From Amphiscolops sp. MND2022 (lineage: Eukaryota), in assembly GCA_964187785.1 (NCBI GenBank), contig OZ076416.1, positions 42,470,001 through 42,534,000 of the forward strand: a DNA stretch of 64,000 bases, written 5' to 3'. Of the stretch, positions 58,815-64,000 are shown in pieces (position 1 is the first letter of the stretch; every line of letters starts with the position of its first letter). Below the pieces are notes generated by a model. The model made no database searches, had not been told where the DNA came from, and saw only the letters and a program-made list of their open reading frames with translations. The position numbers were made by a program, and so were the translations under genes.

Positions 58815-60541
58815 GGTCTCACGGATCGCGGTAGTCGTACACTGTAAAAAAACTAACTCCTATTTGAGTCTTATGAAAAACTGATCGGGAGTTATGGTCC
58901 GGATTCAGGTTGAGGAACACTAGCGAAGTTTTGTTTAAATGAGTAACTCCGTCCCGAAGATATTGTCGCGAAATCTGAGATAAACTTACTTTGCTGACAT
59001 TGTCACAAGTCCACGGAGTTGAGGTGGACGGAGTGGACCGATCTTTCAGCATTACTGGGGACTGCTCAAAAATTGGCTTCGATCTGACATTTTTTGGTCG
59101 TTTCGAAGGTGGTGGTAGTTCAATGTCTATCGGGTCCGGGGCATCGGCATCCGCTTACAAATCTTTGTCATCTGAATCCTCTTCGTCGTTCGAAGGTTCT
59201 GGGGGATCATTTTCATCGTTGGCGAAGGAGACACTTAGGTCTAGCAAGGTCTCCTGCATGTTCGAGATCAGTTTCGCACCTTTAGCTTCCACTTTTTAAG
59301 GTATTCTTCTGTGCCACTGTCTATCAGTGAACACTCGTGGTATTTCCGGGTAACCGGGTTCCGGATTTGCACTCTGGAATGCTTCTGTAGGCTCAACTTC
59401 CGATGCAGAGATAAGTCCTTCGGCCAGCCAGAGCTTTAGGAAGATATAAAAACCGTTTTATCTCCGGGGCAATAAAACAACCAACAGATTCTGGCGACAT
59501 CCTCCAGCAATGCTTTGGTATCAAACCTTCGTTTTTCACGTCTATCCATAGTGATCAAAAGGTTAGCGCAGTTCTGAGAAATTAACAAAAACCACAAAAT
59601 GGGGAACCGCGTGGCGACCTCTGGAAGCCAATTATCGAAACGGTCAGCAAAAAAAGCTTGTGAGCAACACCGACCATTAAGAGGTCTCACGGATCGCGGT
59701 AGGCGTACACTGTAAAAAAAACAAACTAATTGAGTCTTATGAAAAACTGATCGGGAGTTATGGTCCGGATTCAGGTTGAGGAACTATAGCGAAGTTTTGT
59801 TTAAATGAGTAACTCCGTCCCGAAGATATTGTCGCGAAATCTGAGATAAAATTACTTTGCTGACATTGTCACAAGTCCACGGAGTTGACGTGGACGGAGT
59901 GGACCGATCATTCAGCATTACTTCGGACTGCTCAAAAATTGGCTTCGATGTGACTTTTTTCGGTCGTTTCGAAGGTGGTGGTCGTTCAATGTCTATCGGA
60001 TCCGGGGCATCAGCATCCGCTCACAAATCATTGTCATCTGAATCCTCTCCGTCGTTCGAAGATTCTGGGTGATCATTTTCATCGTTGGCGAAAGAGACAC
60101 TTAGGTCTAGCAAGGTCTCCTGCATGTTCGAGATCAGTTTCGCACCTTTAGCTTCCACTTTTTTAAGGTATTCTTTTGTGCCACTGTCTATCAGTGAACA
60201 CTCGTGGTTTTTCCGGGTTCCGGATTCGCACTCTGGAATGCTTCTGTAGGCTCAACTTCCGATGCAGAGATAAGTCCTTCGGCCAGCCAGAGCTTTCGGA
60301 AGATATAAAAACCGTTTTATCTCCGGGGCAATAAAACAAGCAACAGATACTGGCGACATCCTCCAGCAATGCTTTGGTATCAAACCTTCGTTTTTCACGT
60401 CTATCCATAGTGATCAAAAGGTTAGCGCGGTTCTGAGAAATTAACAAAAACCACAAAATGGGGAACCGCATGGCGACCTCTGGAAGCCACTTATCGAAAC
60501 GGTCAGCAAAAAACGCTTGTGAGCAACACCGACTATTAAGA
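58815..60541. repeat. Tandem duplication (~868-bp unit x2) inside the CACTA second gene
   Basis: GGTCTCACGGATCGCGGTAG at 58815 and 59683; copies are colinear with scattered substitutions; TTAAG microhomology at the ends. Confidence 0.95.
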
Positions 60542-61229
60542 TAAAAAGTTCCAGTCAAAAAAGGATAAAACAGTTAAATATTTCATTGGAAAAAAGATCC
60601 ATTAGAGTAAACAGAATGCACTTATACAAACCCACTGGTTTTTCGGAAAAGACCAACTTTATAATACTAGTTCATAGAATTGGTAATTGCACAATCCTGA
60701 GAAACTGACAATTGTTGAGATTTCCAGGTACTGATGCGTGAAAGATGCGAGTGATACGAACGTATTCTTTACGAAGAAAGGGTTCTCAGGGAAATCTTTG
60801 TTGGTGAAAAACATTGCATTCGAAAACTTTATTACCGATGAAGAGAAATGTATTAATAACGTGACATCAAACCAGAGTAAGACACGTAAGTCAGTCATAA
60901 AAGCTTTGAAGCTAAACCGACCAAAGGTCTTTCAACATAAAACCGATAGAATGAAGAAACATAAAATGTAAAAATTAAAGAAATAACAATTCGAGATTCT
61001 AAGGAAGATTCTCGAAACATCTACTGAGACCATGGAAGAAATATAAATGAGATTGTACTTGGTGGCTGAACAGAAAACAACTTCCAGGCATTCTGCATTA
61101 AAAATCCAATATTTATCCATGAGTCAGCTAAAAAGCGTCAGAGCTAAACCGACTCAATGACAAACAAAGTGTTAATGAACATTCAGAAGCTTTTATAGTT
61201 AGTGTAACAAAAGAAGTTGGTTTATTCGC

Positions 61230-63740
61230 TCAGTTGTGATCAAAATGTGGTGAAAGGTTGACGAGGAATTTTTCTTGATCAGCGAAAAAAGCTATCATTT
61301 GCGCGGAATTTGCGTCACATGGAACATCGATTCTTCCCTCGGTTTTTGCTACGCGAAAGAAAGCACAGGCTAAATCAGCTCCAGGACAAGTTGAAGCTTT
61401 CTCGACTATGTATCGTTCAACTAAACAGAATCGGTGTCCACCAAGACGGAAAAATGCGATGATCTGGCCGAGCCAGAGTTTCCCAGAGCTATCAGCGGAA
61501 TATGAAATGAATGAGTTGCAGTCAGACTTGGTATCGCTGGCGGAGTCATAGGCTACTCCGTTCACAATTTCTCTCGCGGACACTGAGGAAGCTCGGAGAA
61601 AGAGATCTCGAACGGCTGCGGATTCCTCCAGATGACCATACCCAAATTTCTTGCGACCAAGCATCAACTCAGTTGTCAAGTCGAAGAGCCCATCATTGTC
61701 TATCTTGGAAGAAAGAAGTGATTTTTTATTCAAATAACGTTCAACCAGTAACCTGAAGTGGTTAACTGATCCGGTGAATGTAGATACGAGAGAGTGATGG
61801 GCCGATTGAAAATCAAAGCAAGACGCTGTCCACAATGGGCCATAGTTTCGCACTTGCCAGGTTAAATGTCTTAGCGAATGCAGATTAAAAGTTTGTTCAT
61901 TCCGATCCAGAGCAGCGAATCCGACACAAAAATCGTTGAGCAAAGTATCGCATTCCATAAAAAAATCGTCAGTTTCTAGCAGGACTCGGATTGAATAAGA
62001 AAACTTCCACAACAATTCACAGAGTTTCATTCAGCAACCCCAATATAATTACAGGCGAAACGTACAAGAGCCAAGTTTTGAATTCACTCGCTTTAAAATG
62101 AGACTTTTGGTCCAAGCCACGAACTGATCGTTGGAACTCGAAAGGCAATTTGCAATTTCAGGCTCTGATATAAAACTATTCTTTTGACGGGTTGTAGAGA
62201 AGAATACAAGTGACAAAAAAAGTTCTTAGCAACCCCGAAACACTGTATGCATGTAATCAATGGTAACGAGGAACAGTACCCTCTCACTGATCGAACTCAA
62301 TGGAGATTTACCTATGAGTAGCGAGCAATGATTTTCAGGAAAAATCAGCCGATAAGGGAATTTCAAGTCCGCGAAGATGAAGTAGTCAAAATGCTATGAT
62401 TGGTGAATGAACTAAATGGTAAAGGAAAAACGAAAAATTTAACATTTACTTTTCGCTTAATCAATTTAGCTCAATACCCTTGACACCCTTAGTTCGACGA
62501 CGAAAAGACTTTGCGCTGGGATCAAACCCAGCAGCTTCCAGTTTCTGAACTTCGGAGTCATACGACTCTTAAGTGCGCATCTTGATAACGCTTTGGCAAG
62601 GATAAATCCTTGAACTATGTGAAACAATTTCACCTTCATCTTCACAAAGATGACAACCAAAATACCCATTGAACTGCTTCATGTTGAGTATGGCAGCTTT
62701 GGCAACATTGTCAGCACTGAGAAACAGAACTCCGATGTTCACAGTATGAGAAAAACCATCGTGATGAAAAAAGTCGAAGTCCGATACTTCCCTTTTGACA
62801 TATCGGAAAAATTGTCGAAATCAGGTTTTCCTTCACCAAACCACAAGCTCGCCAGAACAATATTGTGTCGAACGAAAAACGCAAGACCGGTGGTAAATCC
62901 GCGATAGTCATCCATAAGGGGTAAAGATGTTTACCAGATGAGTGAATAATTTTGACACCATCAGTCGAAATTATCAGAGTGTGATTCCTGTCAGAGAAAT
63001 TTCCCAATTTTGACATCTTTCGAACTCTCCGATGTGGTCCTGCGCGAACGTTCTCTCAGAATCCTCCAATTGCGGCAACAAGTATCCTTTAATTCCAAAG
63101 CGAACTTGAGAGGTATCGAATCACCTGAATTACAAGGCACTTGGTTGTATGTTTTTTCAAGAAATTCCTTCCTACTTTCATCTTTGGAAAGCTTCATTCC
63201 TGGTAAATTTCTGCCCGGGTTTGTTGAACGGAAAACTTTCAGAACGTCGTTCATGAGCGCGTCTGATGCCGGATGTTTAGAACATTTTGCCGTTAAACAT
63301 ACTGGGGATTGTTCAACCCAATTTTTGGCTGGGCAGTCAATGGGATGTCCAGTGTTGAACATTGACTATCTGAACTTGAGAGTTGGTGCACTTCTTCGAT
63401 GTTTTTAGCGGAAAAAACTTCGCTGTGGTCTCCGTTATCAATAGGAGTTGAAGAACCGACAGGTTCAAGCTCGAGGAGACGTTCTTCAGGCCGAGATTCC
63501 TCACATAAAAAATCACTCGAGTCCTGACTAGGAGAAGCTCGCAGGTCCTCAATTTCACCAGCGGAATTGTCCATGAGAACCGTTCTTTTCCTCTTGTAGG
63601 ATTTCGAAGTTTCTGCGCAGTCGAATGACAAAGGCTGGCAACGTAATACGCCGTCTTTTGGCTTTAGCAGATTCAAAACTTCGACTTACAGAAAGTGATC
63701 GGCTACAAACAGTGGATAAAGGTTGCTCGTGAAGATGCAC
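61230..63740 (-). pseudogene. CACTA/EnSpm-type transposase, multiple stops and frameshifts
   Basis: LIISTDG..SS..LYPLW..IADLPP; KAAILNMKQFNGYFGCHLC; GVKG; KLPFEFQRSVRGL..FKASEFKTWLLY; FNLHSLRHL..VRNYGPLWTASCFDF. Confidence 0.9.
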
Positions 63741-64000
63741 ATGAGGACAACGACATTCAAGTGATTCGAAAAACTCTTTTCCATAGTAGACTGTAATCTC
63801 GTCTCCGGCCTCAATAGCTTACAAAGTTTTCAATTTGACTCAAAGAAGCCCATTAAGAGACGTGGATTCATATCTGCAATTTGTATTACACGAAGAATTG
63901 ACGAAACGAATACTTCCAGCCAATAATCTAGGATATTTACACATCTGTGTTGGCGCTATGGTGGATAGGTCATCAAAATTATGTTCGTCAGCGGGTTTGA

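Larger units (their letters stand above)
58044..64000 (-). mobile_element. Decayed CACTA/EnSpm DNA transposon (transposase plus spliced second gene); ends not defined
   Basis: Transposase motifs at 61230-63050 and a co-oriented downstream multi-exon ORF with a BEN-like domain. Confidence 0.8.

Noticed and set aside
58839-59720. CACTGTAAAAAA at ~58840 and ~59707 as CACTA terminal inverted repeats
   Set aside because: Both are in the same orientation inside the duplicated block and read as splice acceptors (TTTTTACAG|TG) on the minus strand; no inverted partner or TSD.

Overview
Eukaryotic (metazoan) repeat-rich genomic DNA with spliceosomal introns; no prokaryotic, rRNA, tRNA-gene or CRISPR features. 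Left to right: (1) 1-14584, the 3' part of a very large, decayed Ty3/Gypsy LTR retrotransposon. Its PR-RT-RNaseH-IN block is tandemly duplicated, and ~7.2 kb of accessory sequence lies between integrase and the 3' LTR: a Pol C-terminal extension with two tandem TARG1/OARD1-like macrodomains, then a ~1350-codon non-env ORF with an SGNH-like domain. (2) A minus-strand class A GPCR-like gene fragment whose 14.8-kb first intron holds a young 9.2-kb non-autonomous LTR element (LTRs ~99.4% identical, tRNA-Arg-type PBS, PPT, no gag/pol, one intact AT-hook ORF, a LINE fragment inserted in its 5' LTR) and a near-full-length CR1/L2-group LINE. (3) A solo-LTR-like segment, a BED-finger-bearing element of unknown class, and a CRE-like RLE LINE with unusual SGNH-esterase and PHD modules. 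(4) The host gene GRIPAP1 (15 coding exons visible, one GC-AG intron). (5) A small satellite and a decayed CACTA/EnSpm transposon with a BEN-domain second gene. All domain calls are by-eye motif recognition; no database searches were run.
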